Shown here piece by piece: positions 12,846 to 25,200 of a stretch of 64,000 bases of DNA. Within the stretch, counting starts at the first letter, position 1. The number at the start of each line of letters is the position of its first letter. The position numbers were made by a program, and so were the translations under genes. The stretch spans positions 11,160,001-11,224,000 of the forward strand of contig JBHGNT010000018.1 of assembly GCA_043228905.1 (NCBI GenBank), in the 5' to 3' direction. The notes below the pieces were generated by a model. The model was given only the letters and a program-made list of their open reading frames with translations. It did not search any database and was not told the origin of the DNA. This DNA comes from Azolla caroliniana. Taxonomy: Eukaryota > Plantae > Polypodiophyta.

Positions 12846-14461
12846 TGTCGTGAAGAAAACCGTCCCTTAGCGTAATCGGTGCATAGCGTGCGTGAACCGG
12901 CTCTTCACGCGTGCGCGCCCTTTAATGTATATAATAGAGAATTAGGTACAAAGGTATATCCTAGGTAGTTAGATTCGGTAGGTAGGAAGTTAATGAGGGA
13001 AACGGCTCCCTTCTTGAAGCTATAAAAGAGAGGGAGATGCGGGGAGAAGAGGGCATTATTATTTATTGAGGAGGACGAGGTGCTGTCGGACCGAAACCGA
13101 ACGCTTCTCCTCTGTTCGTTCTCCATCGCTCTTCTCTGCAGGTTTTCGGGAGGCTCGCGCTGCTTCGAGGAACGCCCGTGTGCTTCTGGCAGCACCTCCA
13201 TCCTATCCCCTTTCGTGCGCAGACGAGCAGGCATCGGCATCTGTTCGCCGGCCTGTTTGGTTGTAACCGCTCGCGTGCTCTATTGTTTATTTGTCATTCA
13301 TTAATATACAAACATTCGTGTCTCTCTGTCTCTGTGTCCATTCGTGTCTTCTGCGTTGACAGGGCCGTGTCCCTGTGTTTCTTTGCTCATACGTAACCGA
13401 GAGTCTCTCTCTTTCTCTTTCCCCTTCTATCACCTGCTCTTTCTTCTATCACCTGCTCTTCTCTGCAGGTTTTCGGGAGGCTCGCGCTGCTTCGAGGAAC
13501 GCCCGTTGTCGTGAAGAAAACTGTCCACAAGCGGAATCGGTGCACCGGAGCGTAGGAACCGGCTCTTCATGCATGTACGCCTTATGTTGTACATAGAAGA
13601 TCCTAGGTAGGTAGATTCGGTAGGTAGGAAGTTAATAGGAAACGGCTCCTTCGTTGCCTATAAAAGGAGGGAGACGAGGAGGGGGGGAAGAGAGCGCGGA
13701 TTCAGAGAGGACGAAGTGCTGTCGGGTTATCGGTCGAAGGCTTCTCTCTCTTCCATACTCCGTAGCTTCTTTCTGTGCAGGTTTTCGGGAGGCTCGCGCT
13801 GCTCTGAGGAATGCCCGAGTGCTTCCGGCAGCACCTCCAACCTACTCCTTTCTTTCTGAGCGTTTACGAACAGGCATCGACATCTGTTCGCCGGCCTGTT
13901 CGGTTGTAACCGACTTCGTGCTTCTTGTTGTTTGTCTCTGTTAATATATACATACATACCTTCGTGTCTCTCTGTGTCGGTTTCCCGCTCGCGTCTTTGT
14001 GTCGAAGGGTCGTGTCCCTATGGATCTACGCTCGCACGTAGTGGGTCCCTTCCCCTCTCCTTTCTCTCTTGCTCTTCGGTACAAGGCCCCCGAAGTCCCG
14101 CCTCATTCCATGCATCCGCGAGGAATACGTCGACACCGTGTGCTTCCGGCAGCACCTCCATCCTATCCCCTTTCGTGCGCAGACGAGCAGGCATCGACAT
14201 CTGTTCGCCTGCCTGTTCAGTTGTAACCGCTCACGTGCTCTGTTGTTTATTTGTCATTCATTAATATACAAACATTTGTGTCTCTCTGTCTCTGTGTCCA
14301 TTCATGTCTTCTGCGTTGACAGGGCCGTGTCCCTGTGTTTCTTTGCTCATACGTAACCGAGAGTCTCTCTCTTTCTCTTTCCCCTTCTATCACCTGCTCT
14401 TTGGTTCAAGACCCCGGTGGTCCCGCCTCGTTTCTCCACGCACGCGGGTAGTAACACGACA
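12846..14461 (+). repeat. 5' LTR of gypsy B with an internal ~330-bp tandem duplication and a nested solo LTR
   Basis: 12846-13440 matches 25793-26390. Segment 13130-13440 recurs as 13456-13506 plus 14140-14400. Confidence 0.85.
13507..14135 (+). repeat. Solo LTR of the copy-C subfamily
   Basis: TGTCGTGAAG...GTCGACA, homologous to the reverse complement of 15406-16040; perfect TSD CCGT/CCGT. Confidence 0.9.
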
Positions 14462-14465
14462 TCTT

Positions 14466-14483
14466 TGGTGAACCCGACGTGAA
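14466..14483 (+). promoter_or_regulatory. Primer binding site, tRNA-Trp
   Basis: TGGTGAACCCGACGTGAA, 18-nt complement of the tRNA-Trp 3' end. Confidence 0.9.
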
Positions 14484-14505
14484 CAAGGCAGCAGAGGAGC
14501 AGAAG

Positions 14506-15405
14506 ATGAGGAGTTCGAAGTACGGCTCCTGGAGAAATACGGGCTGGATGACGCGCTTCGGCTTTCGAAGTGGGGCTTCATGGAGTGGGTAGAGTTCCCC
14601 AACAAAGGAAGAAATGCGTCGGTACTCCTCCGGGAGTTTGAGGAACACTTTGCGTGCCTTTCGGCGCTCGATCGGACCGTTCTGGACACAAGTCGTGTCC
14701 TACTATTTGTCAAATCGGTTGACGCACGGGATCGGGAGCAAGTGGGCTCCTTACTGGAAACCGAAGACGGGCTAACGGCCGACTGGACCGCGGTAAACAG
14801 AGTCTGCGGCCGTTTTGACAAGCGGTGGGAGTGGGCTGATACAGGGGCGGGTCCTATCGCAGCAAGGAAGCTCGAACCGATACCACAGGCGCGAAGGGAA
14901 GAGACCCAGGAGTGGCTCGAAACTGATTCGGCTTCGACCGGCGTGGTCAGAGGCTCGTTCGGGGGAACAGCTTTGGAGGAGTTGACACGGGTGGTAAAGG
15001 ATCTCCAGATCGCCCAGGCTCAGAGGGAAGGCGGCGAACAGGCTCGTGACCGACGGCCTCCGGCAGGAAATAGGTGCATGTGGTGCGACGAGGTCGGCCA
15101 CATCCGGAAAGACTGCGGGGATTTTGCAGAGGCCTTGAGAAGCCGGGTAGTGTACCTGTGGGAAGGTCGGGTGCACGCCAACGATACCCGGAGGGCCCTG
15201 AACCGAAACGACGGGCGAGGAGGAATGAAAAGGCTGATGGAAGAGGCGGCGGCCCGGCACGCGGAGACCGTCCACTACTCGGCGTCAGCCGGTATTCGGG
15301 TCGGAGGCAGCGAGGCCCGGAAGGAGAGCAAAGCCAGGTTCTGGCCGACGATGCTGGAAGGCCTCGCCGGTGCCCGACTAAGGAAAGATGAGGTGGACCG
15401 CGCGG
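14506..15405 (+). pseudogene. gag: gag of gypsy B, 5' part (internal deletion; interrupted by C)
   Basis: ORF 14580-15668 with the CMWCDEVGHIRKDC zinc knuckle; the frame resumes at 21294 (DRA|EKRV). Confidence 0.85.
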
Positions 15406-16040
15406 TGTCGAGGTACTCCTCGCGGATGCGTGGAATGAGGCGGGACCTCGGGGGTCTTGTACCGAAGAGCAAGAGAGAGAGGAGAAGGGAACCCACTACG
15501 TGCGAGCGTAGATTCACAGGGACACGGCCCTTCGACACAAAGACGCGAGTGGGACAGCGACACAGAGAGACACGAATGTATGTATGTATTAACAAAGACA
15601 AACAACAAGAACACGAAGTCGGTTACAACCGAACAGGCCGGCGAACAGATGCCGATGCCTGTTCGTAAACGCACAGAAAGAAAGGAGTAAGTTGGAGGTG
15701 CTGCCAGAAGCACTCGGGCATTCCTCAGAGCAGCGTGAGCCTCCCGAAACCTGCACAGAAGAAGCTATGGAGTTTGGAAGAGAGAGAAGCCTTCGGCCCA
15801 CAATCCGACAGCACTTCGTCCTCTCTTACTTCGCGATCCCTTCCTCCTCCTCGTCTCCCTCCTTTTATAGGCAAGAAGGGAGCCGTTTCCTATTAACTTC
15901 CTACCTACCGAATCTGCCTACCTAGGATCTTCCATGTCCCTAATTCTCTCCTATGTACAACACAAGGCGTTCGTGCATGAAGAGCCGGTTCCTATGCTCC
16001 GGCGCACCGATTCCGCTCGTGGACGGTTTTCTTCACGACA
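15406..16040 (-). repeat. 3' LTR of gypsy C
   Basis: Near-identical to 20659-21293. Confidence 0.95.
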
Positions 16041-16113
16041 TCCGCCCCCAACTAACCGCGCATCCACTGGCATGCGCCAAATTGAGTTGGGACAGAGAAA
16101 ACCGGTCCAGCCT

Positions 16114-18498
16114 TTATTCCCCGCCCGTCGGTTCTTCTTCGGTTTCGGATCGCTCGTCGTCCCGGTCCAGGTTATCCGAATCCGGCTCGTCGTCGTGACG
16201 CTTCTTGAACGCTTTGATCCGCTTCCCAGCTACAGGTATCGCCATTCTCGTGCCGTCGAGTTCCGCCAGATGGTACGTCCCGTTGTTGTTGGTGCTTTGT
16301 ACCACGTAAGGCCCGAACCACCTTCTTGCGAACTTCCGTGTCGCTCGGTGCTGGTTGTCGAGGCTGCTGTCGTAGACTAGCACCCAGTCGCCTTCCTTGA
16401 CCTTCTTCGGTTGGAGCCGGTGCGTTCGGTCGAACCGGGATTTGTTCCTCATCCTTGCTTCCCGAAGCTTTCCCGCAGCCTGCTCCACGTCTTCCGGCCT
16501 TCGCTCGAGCTGACGTATGCGCGCCGCCAATAGTTCCTCCCGGCTCATCTCGTCTCTCCAGTCCATGGTTGCCCATGAGAAGATTGTACTTTCCATCGGC
16601 ATGATCGGCTTCTGCCCAAACATGAGCTCTGCCAACATGAATCCGGTTACCGAACTGTGCGTAGTTCGGTCAGCCCACAACGCGTAAGGCAGCAGCCGCG
16701 GCCAGTTCCCGACTTGACCTCCGCATGCCCGAACTAACGCCTTGACGATCGGTCCGTGTCCGCGCTCCACCTTTCCATTCGCCTCCGGATTGTATGCAGT
16801 GGTAAGCGAAACCATGCCGCCTTCGTCATCAAACCTCGCCCTCGAAAGCATGTCGGCCATGGCATTGTCCTTTCCGGAAATGTGCCGTATTTCCGGGTCC
16901 AAGGACTTGATGTACGCTATCCACCTGAGCATCGCCAGGTCCGGTGTCGCGCATCTGGAAATCATGCCGAGAATTGGCAGGCAATCCGTCTCGATAATCA
17001 CTTCTGTCCCGATCAAGTAGTCTTTGTCGGCCTTTACTGCCGAAACGATACCCCAGCTACAATCGGTTTTCATCGCGGAGATGGCTTCTACCTTTGCCGG
17101 AGATGGCTTCCGGCCATATGGTCCACATAGGTGTCCAACCACCAGGATTTCTGATTGCCCGAAGGCCGATTTCTCCCCGGAGAAGGTGAGCCTCACACCC
17201 TCTAGCCTTTGTAGCACCCTCTCGCAGTCGATGTGTGTTGCCACGAATCGCCGGCATCCGTCCGGCCCGAGTGTCTCGTCCTTCTCTTCCACCGGGCACC
17301 CCTTTATCGGGATATCGTCTAGAAACGGCATGGTGATGTCCGGGATGCAATCCCTCAGTACTTTGTTCATTGCATTCACCATGTGGGCCACCGAGTTGGT
17401 CCCTCCTTGTGGCAGGGTACACATTCGCACTAGGCCGAGGGGAGTTCGCATCGTCGTAATGTCTTTGCTCTCCACGGCTAGCTGGAACTGGTCGTACCCC
17501 GAGTACAGATCTCCAACCGAGTAAATCGACCTTCCGGCGAAGGCCTCCGCGAACTCGTCTATGGTCGGTCCGATTCCTGCGTTCCGAATGGTCACTCTGT
17601 TGACCGGCTGCAGGTCTTGAATGAAGCGCAATGTTCCGTTTTTCTTTGGTACGGTAAACCATCGGTTCGAGTATGGGGCACTTGACGGTTCGAGAATGCT
17701 CATATCGACTTTTTGCCTCAATAGCTCCATCAACTTCGGGATGTGAGCTCTCGGTACTAGAATCGGCTTGAGATTCCACGACACATGCGGTACCGTGAAT
17801 ATCACCATCAGCTCCACGATCGTCGGGTCTACGCACCCGATCTCTTCCGGTGAGAATGCGAAGGCTTTCCCGTGCCTTCCGAGCATCCTCCGAAACCGGT
17901 CTTCCTCCGCCGGCAGTAGGAACCCGCCCCCACCGATTTTGAGCTCCCGGAGCGTTCCGTCGGTGAAGGTGTGTTCTATGCAGACCGGATCTCGCAAACT
18001 GGGGTCCGACGCAACCCCTCTGATCCAGGACTCGCTGCCCTCCGGTAAGGGTGCCGCGACTGGCCTTACCTTCCGGTCCACAGTCTTGTACTTTGTGCTA
18101 ACTCGGGCCATCCGATCCGACCCGAGCCCTCGACTGAAGTTCGCGATGACTTCGTACATCTCTTTGGAACATACTGGTATCGTCCGGTCTTCGTTAAGGT
18201 CTTCTCCGGTTACCTCCCTCAGCATTCCCAAGGTGTCGTCGAAGGAGACCGCCTCCACGGCTCCGCTGATTTCCTCGTCTGGGCCGAGAACTCCGCACGC
18301 TCGAAGTCGCACTTCCGCCCTTGTCTTTTCTCAGCCAATGATGCCGACTATTATTTACCCTCCGTTGTTGGAGAAGCAAAACTTCCTACCTATCGTACAG
18401 GGTTCCTTCGGTTTCGGTTCTATCGTACAGTCGTGGGGTCTTTCCCGAGTGTCCGGGCTGTCTCGGCCCCATGCCTTGGCAGCCCTCTCTAAAAATCC
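16114..18498 (-). CDS. pol: pol frame of gypsy C (RT, partial RNase H, partial integrase), reached by -1 frameshift; two in-frame internal deletions
   Basis: 732-aa ORF 16114-18312 that is open upstream to the slippery site; PFLDDIPIKG RT motif; deletion junctions KTDCS|WGIVSAV and GGMVS|LTTAYNPE. Confidence 0.85.
18433..18498 (-). promoter_or_regulatory. Putative -1 ribosomal frameshift element, copy C
   Basis: G GAT TTT TAG, stem GGGCTG/CAGCCC, loop TGGGG with downstream CCCCA; the pol frame is -1 relative to gag-PR. Confidence 0.78.
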
Positions 18499-20615
18499 TC
18501 CCGGTTCTCACCACCGAGGGATTCGCGGTTTCGCTCGTGGTTCGGCCGCACCGTCAGAAATTGGACCGAATGGCGCCCGTCCTGGCTTTTGACCCTCGCG
18601 TAGGCCGAACCGTTGTCCAGCACCTTGGTCTCCATTCGCGCCGCCGTGATGTATGGTTCCCCTAATATGACCGGGTGCGAGGATGTCTCCTGTACGAAGA
18701 AGTGTTGGTCAATCTCGACGTTGCCGGTCTTGACTCGCACATTCGGGCAGGCCCCATGCAGTTCCTCGGTGGCGCGAGTCGCCGCTCGTATCTTCCACCC
18801 GTGCTTGGTGTTGATCGGCCACTTTCCCTTCTTATAGAAGTCCATGGACATTAGGTTTATTTCCGAACCGTGGTCCACCAGTGCTACCACCGGTTCCTGA
18901 ACATCTCCGATCTTTACCGGGGTCTCCGTGGTCGCTCGGGCCCAGTGCGGCCTTGAATAGTGGCTCTCCGCCCACTCATCTTCCAGCGCCATGTTGTCGA
19001 TGTGCGTCGTCCGCACCTCCACCGGTCTTTCCGGTTCCGTCTCCGTCGACAGCCTCCTCCGTTTCACCAGGTCCACAATGGAGTCGTGGAACTCCTTCTT
19101 GGCGATCCCTAGCACCTCCCGTAATGACAGCTCCACTTTGCTGTCGAGGATCCGTTCTTCTAGGACCTTTCGTAGGTCCATGGTCCTTTCTATTTCCGTC
19201 CCCTGTCGGTATCCGTCCTTCTTGGGGTTATCTTGCGCGCCGGACCCACCGGCGTCATTCCGTCGTTGCCCGAATCGGGTCTCGTACTGTTGTGAGGGCC
19301 CGGCTGCTTTGGCTTTCCCCACTCGTTTGTCTTCTACCAGAGCCTCGTAGTTCCGGCAGGCGGCTTCTACAAAGCACGTCTTCTCCTCGACCGGGTCGCT
19401 CCACCCGGTTATTTCGCGGACCCGTCTCTCAGCGCGGTCCGCTTCATCTTTCCTCAGCCGTGCGCCGGCGAGGCCTTCCAGCATTGCCGTCCAGAATCCG
19501 TCTTTGCTCTCCTTTCGGGCCTCGCTGCCCCCGACCCGAATGCCGGCCGACGCCGAGTAGTGGATGGCCTCCACGTGTCGGGTCGTTGCCTCTTCCATCA
19601 GTCTCTTCATACCTCCTCACCCGTCGTTCCGGTTCAGGGCCCTTCTGGTATCGCCGACGTGCACCCGACCTTCCCACAGGTACACCACCCGGTTCCTCAA
19701 CGCCTCTGCGAAATCGCCGCAGTCCTTCCGAATGTGGCCGACCTCGTCGCACCACATGCACCTGTTCCCTGCTACCGGCTGTCGGTCACGAGCCGTTTCG
19801 CCGCCTTCCCTTCGAGTCTGGGTGATCTGGAGATCCTTTATCGCCCGCGTCAACTCCTCCAGCGCTGCTCCTTCGGACGAGTCATTGACCATGCCGATCG
19901 GAGCCGACCCGGTTTCGAGCCACTCCCGGGCTTCTGCCCTTCGCCCTTGCGGTGCCGGTTCAAGCCTCCTTGCTGTGACAGAGCCCGCACCGGTCACCCC
20001 GTTGTCAGCCCATTCTCGCCGTTTGTCGAAACGGCCACAGACTCTCTTAACCGCAGCTCAGTCGGTCGTCAGCCCGTCTTCGGTTTCTAGCAAGGAGCCG
20101 ACTTGATCCCGGTCTCGCTCGTCCACCGACTTGACGAACAGTAGGACCCGGCTCGTATCCAGAACGGTTCGGTCAAGCGCCGAAAGGCGCACAAAGCGTT
20201 CTTCGAACTCCCGGAGAAGTGCCGACGCGTTTCTTCCCTTGCCGGGGGACTCCACCCACTCCATGAAGTCCCGTTTCGAAAGCCGGAGCGTGTCGTCCAG
20301 CCCGTATTTTTCTAAGAGTCGACCTTCGAACTCCTCCCAGGTACGGTTCTCCGCCCGCACCTTGAGCACCTCCGCATGGATGCTCGGCATTGCCACTCGT
20401 GGGAACCCGGCAAGACGCCTCTCTTCCGGAATGTCCCGCATCAGCATTTCTGCCCCATAGGACGCCAAATACTTCGTGGCATCCTTTCCGCTGAACCGGC
20501 CGATCGTACCGACGACCGCCTCAATGGCTCTGTCGAGGGTGCCGGAGCCCTCGCGTGCGCTCAATATCCGATCCACTGCTGAAGGCATGGCGTCCGCAAG
20601 ATCCGACCCCTTCAT
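18489..20615 (-). pseudogene. gag: gag-protease ORF of gypsy C, two premature TGA stops
   Basis: ORFs ending at 20058, 19617 and 18489 are in one frame; CCHC knuckle; aspartic protease ALVDHGSEINLM...VILGEPY. Confidence 0.88.
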
Positions 20616-20658
20616 CTTCTGCTCTTCTGCCGCCTCCTTCACGTCGGGTTCACCAAGA

Positions 20659-21293
20659 TGTCGAGGTACTCCTCGCGGATGCGTGGAATGAGGCGGGACC
20701 TCGGGGGTCTTGTACCGAAGAGCAAGAGAGAGAGGAGAAGGGAACCCACTACGTGCGAGCGTAGATTCACCGGGACACGGCCCTTCGACACAAAGACGCG
20801 AGTGGGACAGCGACACAGAGAGACACGAATGTATGTATGTATTAACAAAGACAAACAACAAGAACACGAAGTCGGTTACAACCGAACAGGCCGGCGAACA
20901 GATGCCGATGCCTGTTCGTAAACGCACAGAAAGAAAGGAGTAAGTTGGAGGTGCTGCCAGAAGCACTCGGGCATTCCTCAGAGCAGCGTGAGCCTCCCGA
21001 AACCTGCACAGAAGAAGCTATGGAGTTTGGAAGAGAGAGAAGCCTTCGGCCCACAATCCGACAGCACTTCGTCCTCTCTTACTTCGCGATCCCTTCCTCC
21101 TCCTCGTCTCCCTCCTTTTATAGGCAAGAAGGGAGCCGTTTCCTATTAACTTCCTACCTACCGAATCTGCCTACCTAGGATCTTCCATGTCCCTAATTCT
21201 CTCCTATGTACAACACAAGGCGTTCGTGCATGAAGAGCCGGTTCCTATGCTCCGGTGCACCGATTCCGCTCGTGGACGGTTTTCTTCATGACA
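20659..21293 (-). repeat. 5' LTR of gypsy C
   Basis: Followed on the minus strand by the tRNA-Trp PBS (20638-20655). Confidence 0.95.
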
Positions 21294-22240
21294 ACGGAGA
21301 AGCGGGTCCAGGAGGTAACCGGGTGGAGTAACCCGGTCGAAGAAAAGACGGGTTTCGTCGAAGCAACTTGCTAGAACTACGAGGCTCTGGTTGAAGACAA
21401 ACAAGTAGGTAAAACCGGAGGGGCCGGACCCTCACAGAGATACGAAACCCGATTCGGGCCGAAACGGAACGAGGCCGGTGAGATCAGTGCCCAGGATAAC
21501 CACAAGAAGGGCGGATACCGGTTGGGCATGGAGATCGAAAGGACCATGGACCTACGAAAGTTCCTAGAAGAACGAATCCTCGACAGCAAGGTGGAACTGT
21601 CGTTGCGGGAGGTGCTCAGAATTGCCAAGAAGGAGTTCCACGACTCCATCGTAGACTTGGTGAAGAGGAAGAGGCTGTCGACGGAGACAGAACCGGAAAG
21701 GCCGGTGGAGGTGCGGACGACGCACATAGAGGACATGGTGCTGGAAGACGAGTGGGCGGAGAGCCACTATTTGAGGCCACACTTGGCCCGAGCGACCACG
21801 GAAACCCCGGTGAAGATCGGAGATGTTTTCAGGAACCGGTGGTGGCGCTGGTGGACCACGGTTCGGAAATAAACCTGATGTCCATGGACTTCTACAAGAA
21901 GGGGAAATGGCCGGTCAACACCAAGCACGGGTGGAAGATACAGGCGGCGACGCACGCCACTGAGGAACTACACGGGGCCTACCCAAACGTGCGAGTCAAG
22001 ATCGGCGACGTCGAGATAAACCAACACTTCTTTGTGCAGGAGACGTCCTCACACTCGGTCATACTAGGAGAACCGTACATTACGGCAACACGGATGGAGA
22101 CCAAGGTGCTGGACAACGGGTCGGCTTACGCGAGGGTCAAGAGTCAGGACGGGTGTCATTCGGTCCAGTTCCTGACGGTGCGACCGAACCATGAGCGAAA
22201 CCGCGAGTCCCTCGGTGGCGAGAACCGAGAGGATTTTTAG
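21294..22240 (+). pseudogene. gag: gag 3' part and protease of gypsy B
   Basis: ERILDSKVELSLREVL, ALVDHGSEINLM, ends GENREDF*; one stop and a frameshift near 21828. Confidence 0.88.
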
Positions 22241-22296
22241 AGAAGGCTGTCAAGGCGTGGGGCCGCGATAGTCCGGACACTCCGGGAAAACCCCAC
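22231..22296 (+). promoter_or_regulatory. Putative -1 ribosomal frameshift element, copy B
   Basis: GGATTTT 22231-22237 then TAG; 7-nt spacer; stem 22245-22251/22267-22273; loop GTGGGG 22257-22262 complementary to CCCCAC 22291-22296. The -1 frame is open into ORF 22471-23154. Confidence 0.8.
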
Positions 22297-25200
22297 AAAT
22301 GTACGATAGAGGCGAAACCGAAGAAACCTTGTACCATAAGTAGGAAGTTTTGTTTCTCCGACAACGGAGGGTGTACGATAGTTGGCGTCGTTGGCCAAGA
22401 AAAGACAAGGGCGGAAGAGCGACTTCGGGCGTGCGGAGTTCTCGGGCCCAGCGAAGAAATCAACGGAGCCGTGGAGGCAGTCTCCTTCAACGATACCTTG
22501 GGAATACTGCGAGAGGTGGTCGGAGAGGGCCTTAAAGAGGACCGGACGATACCGGTTTGTTCAGAAGAGATGTACGAAGTCATCGCGGACTTCAGTCGAG
22601 GGCTCGAGTCGGATCAGATGGCCCGGGTTAACATGAAGTACAAGACTGTGGACCGGAAGGTAAGGCCAGTCGCGGCACCCTTATTGGAGGGCAGCGAGTT
22701 GCGAATCAAGGGGGTCGCGTCGGACCCCAGTTTACGAGATCTGGCCTGCATAGGACACACCTTCACCGACAGAACGCTATGGGAGCTCAAAATCGGTGGG
22801 GGCGGGTTCCTACTGCCGGCGGAAGAAGACCGGTTTCGGAGAATGCTCGGAAGGCACGGGAAAGCCTTCGCATTCTCACCGGAAGAGATCAGGTGCGTAG
22901 ACCCGACAGTCGTGAAGCCGATGGTGATATTCACGGTACCGCATGTGCCGTGGAATCTCAAACCAATTCCGGTACCGAGAGCTCACATCCCGGAGCTGAT
23001 GGAGGTGTTGAGGCAGAAAGTCGATATGGGCATCCTCGAACCGTCGAGTGCCCCATACTCGAACCGGTGGTTTACCGTACCGAAGAAGAACGGGACGTTG
23101 CGCTTCATTCAAGACCTGCAACCGGTCAACAGAGTGACCATTCGGAATGCATGAATCGGACCAACGATAGACGAGTTCGCAGAGGCCTTCGCCGGAAGGT
23201 CGATCTACTCGGTCGGTGATCTGTACTCGGGGTACGATTAGTTCCAACTAGCCGTGGAGAGCAGAGACATTACGATGATGTGGACTCCTCTCGGCCTAGT
23301 GCGGATGTGTACCCTGCCACAAGGAGGGACAAACTCGGTGGCCCACATGGTGAATGCGATGAACAAGGTGCTGAGGGATTGTATCCCGGACATCACCATG
23401 CCATTTTTGGACGACATCCCGATCAAGGGATGTTCGGTGGAGGAAAAGGACGAAACGATCGGACCGGACGGATGCCGGAAATTCGTGGCGACACACATTG
23501 ACGACTGCGAGAGGGTGTTGCAGAGGCTAGAGGGTGCGAGGCTCACCTTCTCCGGGGAGAAATCGGCCTTCGGGCAATCAGAGATCATGGTCGTCGGACA
23601 TCTATGCGGACCGTATGGCTGGAAACCGTCTCCGGCTAAGGTGGAAGCCATCTCCGCAATGAAGCCCGACTGTAACTCGGTCACGAAGGAGCATGCGCGT
23701 TCTACCACATATGGATCCCGCATTACGCCCACGTTGTCGAGCCGCTATACGGGTTGCTGAAAAAGGGGCGAAGATTCGAGTGGCGAGACGAGCATACGGA
23801 GTCGGTCCGAAAGATGAAGGAGGCTCTTGCTGCAGCTCCGGCACTCTGGAAGGCTGTCTACGAGAAAGGCACTCCCATCTACATAACGGTAGATACAAGT
23901 CCGACCGGGATCGGATGGGTCGTCAACCAAGAAGACGAGGATGGCATTTGGTTCCCAATCCGGTTTGGCGTGAAGGTCCTCAGTGAGCGACAGCGAGGAT
24001 ACGCCCAGGTTAAACGCGAACTCTGGGGTATCGTTTCGGCGGTGAAGGCCGATAAAGACTATATGATCGGGACAGAGGTGATTATCGAGATGGACTGCCT
24101 GCCGATTCTCGGCATGGTTTCCGGATGCGCAACCCCAGACCTGGCAATGCTCAGGTGGATAGCGTACATCAAGTCCCTGGATCGAGAAATATGACACATT
24201 TCCGGGAAAGACAATGCCATGGCCGACATGCTTTCGAGGGCACGATTCGACGACGAGGGCGGCATGGTTTCAGAGGATGAGGAAGTCGGCGTGGACTTCT
24301 TCGAGGCGGCTTACGTGACAGCCGAGGGGGGGAGCACTCCGGCGCTTAACGATTTCAACGAGAGCAAGTACGACGGGGAGTGGCTACAGATTGGGGGATT
24401 CTAGAACGATGACGCCGGACGCGTCATGGACAAAGAATGAGGCCAACTGGATCCGGAAGAAAGCATACCGATTCTTTCTCCGGGAAGGATACTTGTGGAA
24501 GCACCCGAAGAAGAGAAACGGCATCCCGCTCCGAGTAGTGGCGATGGAGGAGGAACAGGAGGAGTTGCTGAAGGCCTACCACGACAACCCCTGGGCTGGA
24601 CACCGTGGGACGTGGGCCACATTCGAGAAACTAAAGGGGAAGTACTGGTGGCCGGGACTATACCGGGACGTGCATCGGTTCGTGAGAACTTGTGAGAGGT
24701 GTCAGATACACTCCATAGTCCGACATCGGGATGAGCTTCACCCTACATACCCTCCGACCATCCACTTCAAATGGATGGTAGATTTGGTGACGATGCCGAT
24801 GGGCGTAGGGCAGATGCGATATCTGGTGCTGGCCCGGGAGGACCTGACGAACCAGGTGGAAGGCCGAGCCTTGCAGAACAAAACGACTACAGTCGTGTGT
24901 CGGTTCCTGATCGAGGACGTGATATGCTGGTACGGGTGCGTCGGGAAGATCGTGGCTGACCGCGGGGAGTTGGACGCCGAAGAAGCCGAGGAGCTGTTCG
25001 ACTGGTTAGAGGTCAAGCTCTCGCTCACCACAACGTACAATCCGGAGGCGAACGGGAAGGTGGAGCGCGGACACAGACTGATCGTCAAAGCGCTAGTCCG
25101 GGCGTGCGGAGGCCAGGTCGGGAACTGGCCACGACTGTTACCTTATGCCTTGTGGGTGGACTGGACAACCCACAGTTCGGTAACCGGGTTCATGCCGTCA

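Larger units (their letters stand above)
15406..21293 (-). mobile_element. Ty3/gypsy copy C (tRNA-Trp family), young, internally deleted
   Basis: 635-bp LTRs 15406-16040 and 20659-21293 with about 3 differences by eye, TSD GCGG/ACGG, PBS 20638-20655, PPT 16041-16057. Confidence 0.95.

Noticed and set aside
20616-20966. N-terminal extension of ORF 20058-20966 and C-terminal tail of ORF 14580-15668
   Set aside because: Read-through into LTR sequence; the real Gag start is the ATG just after the PBS.
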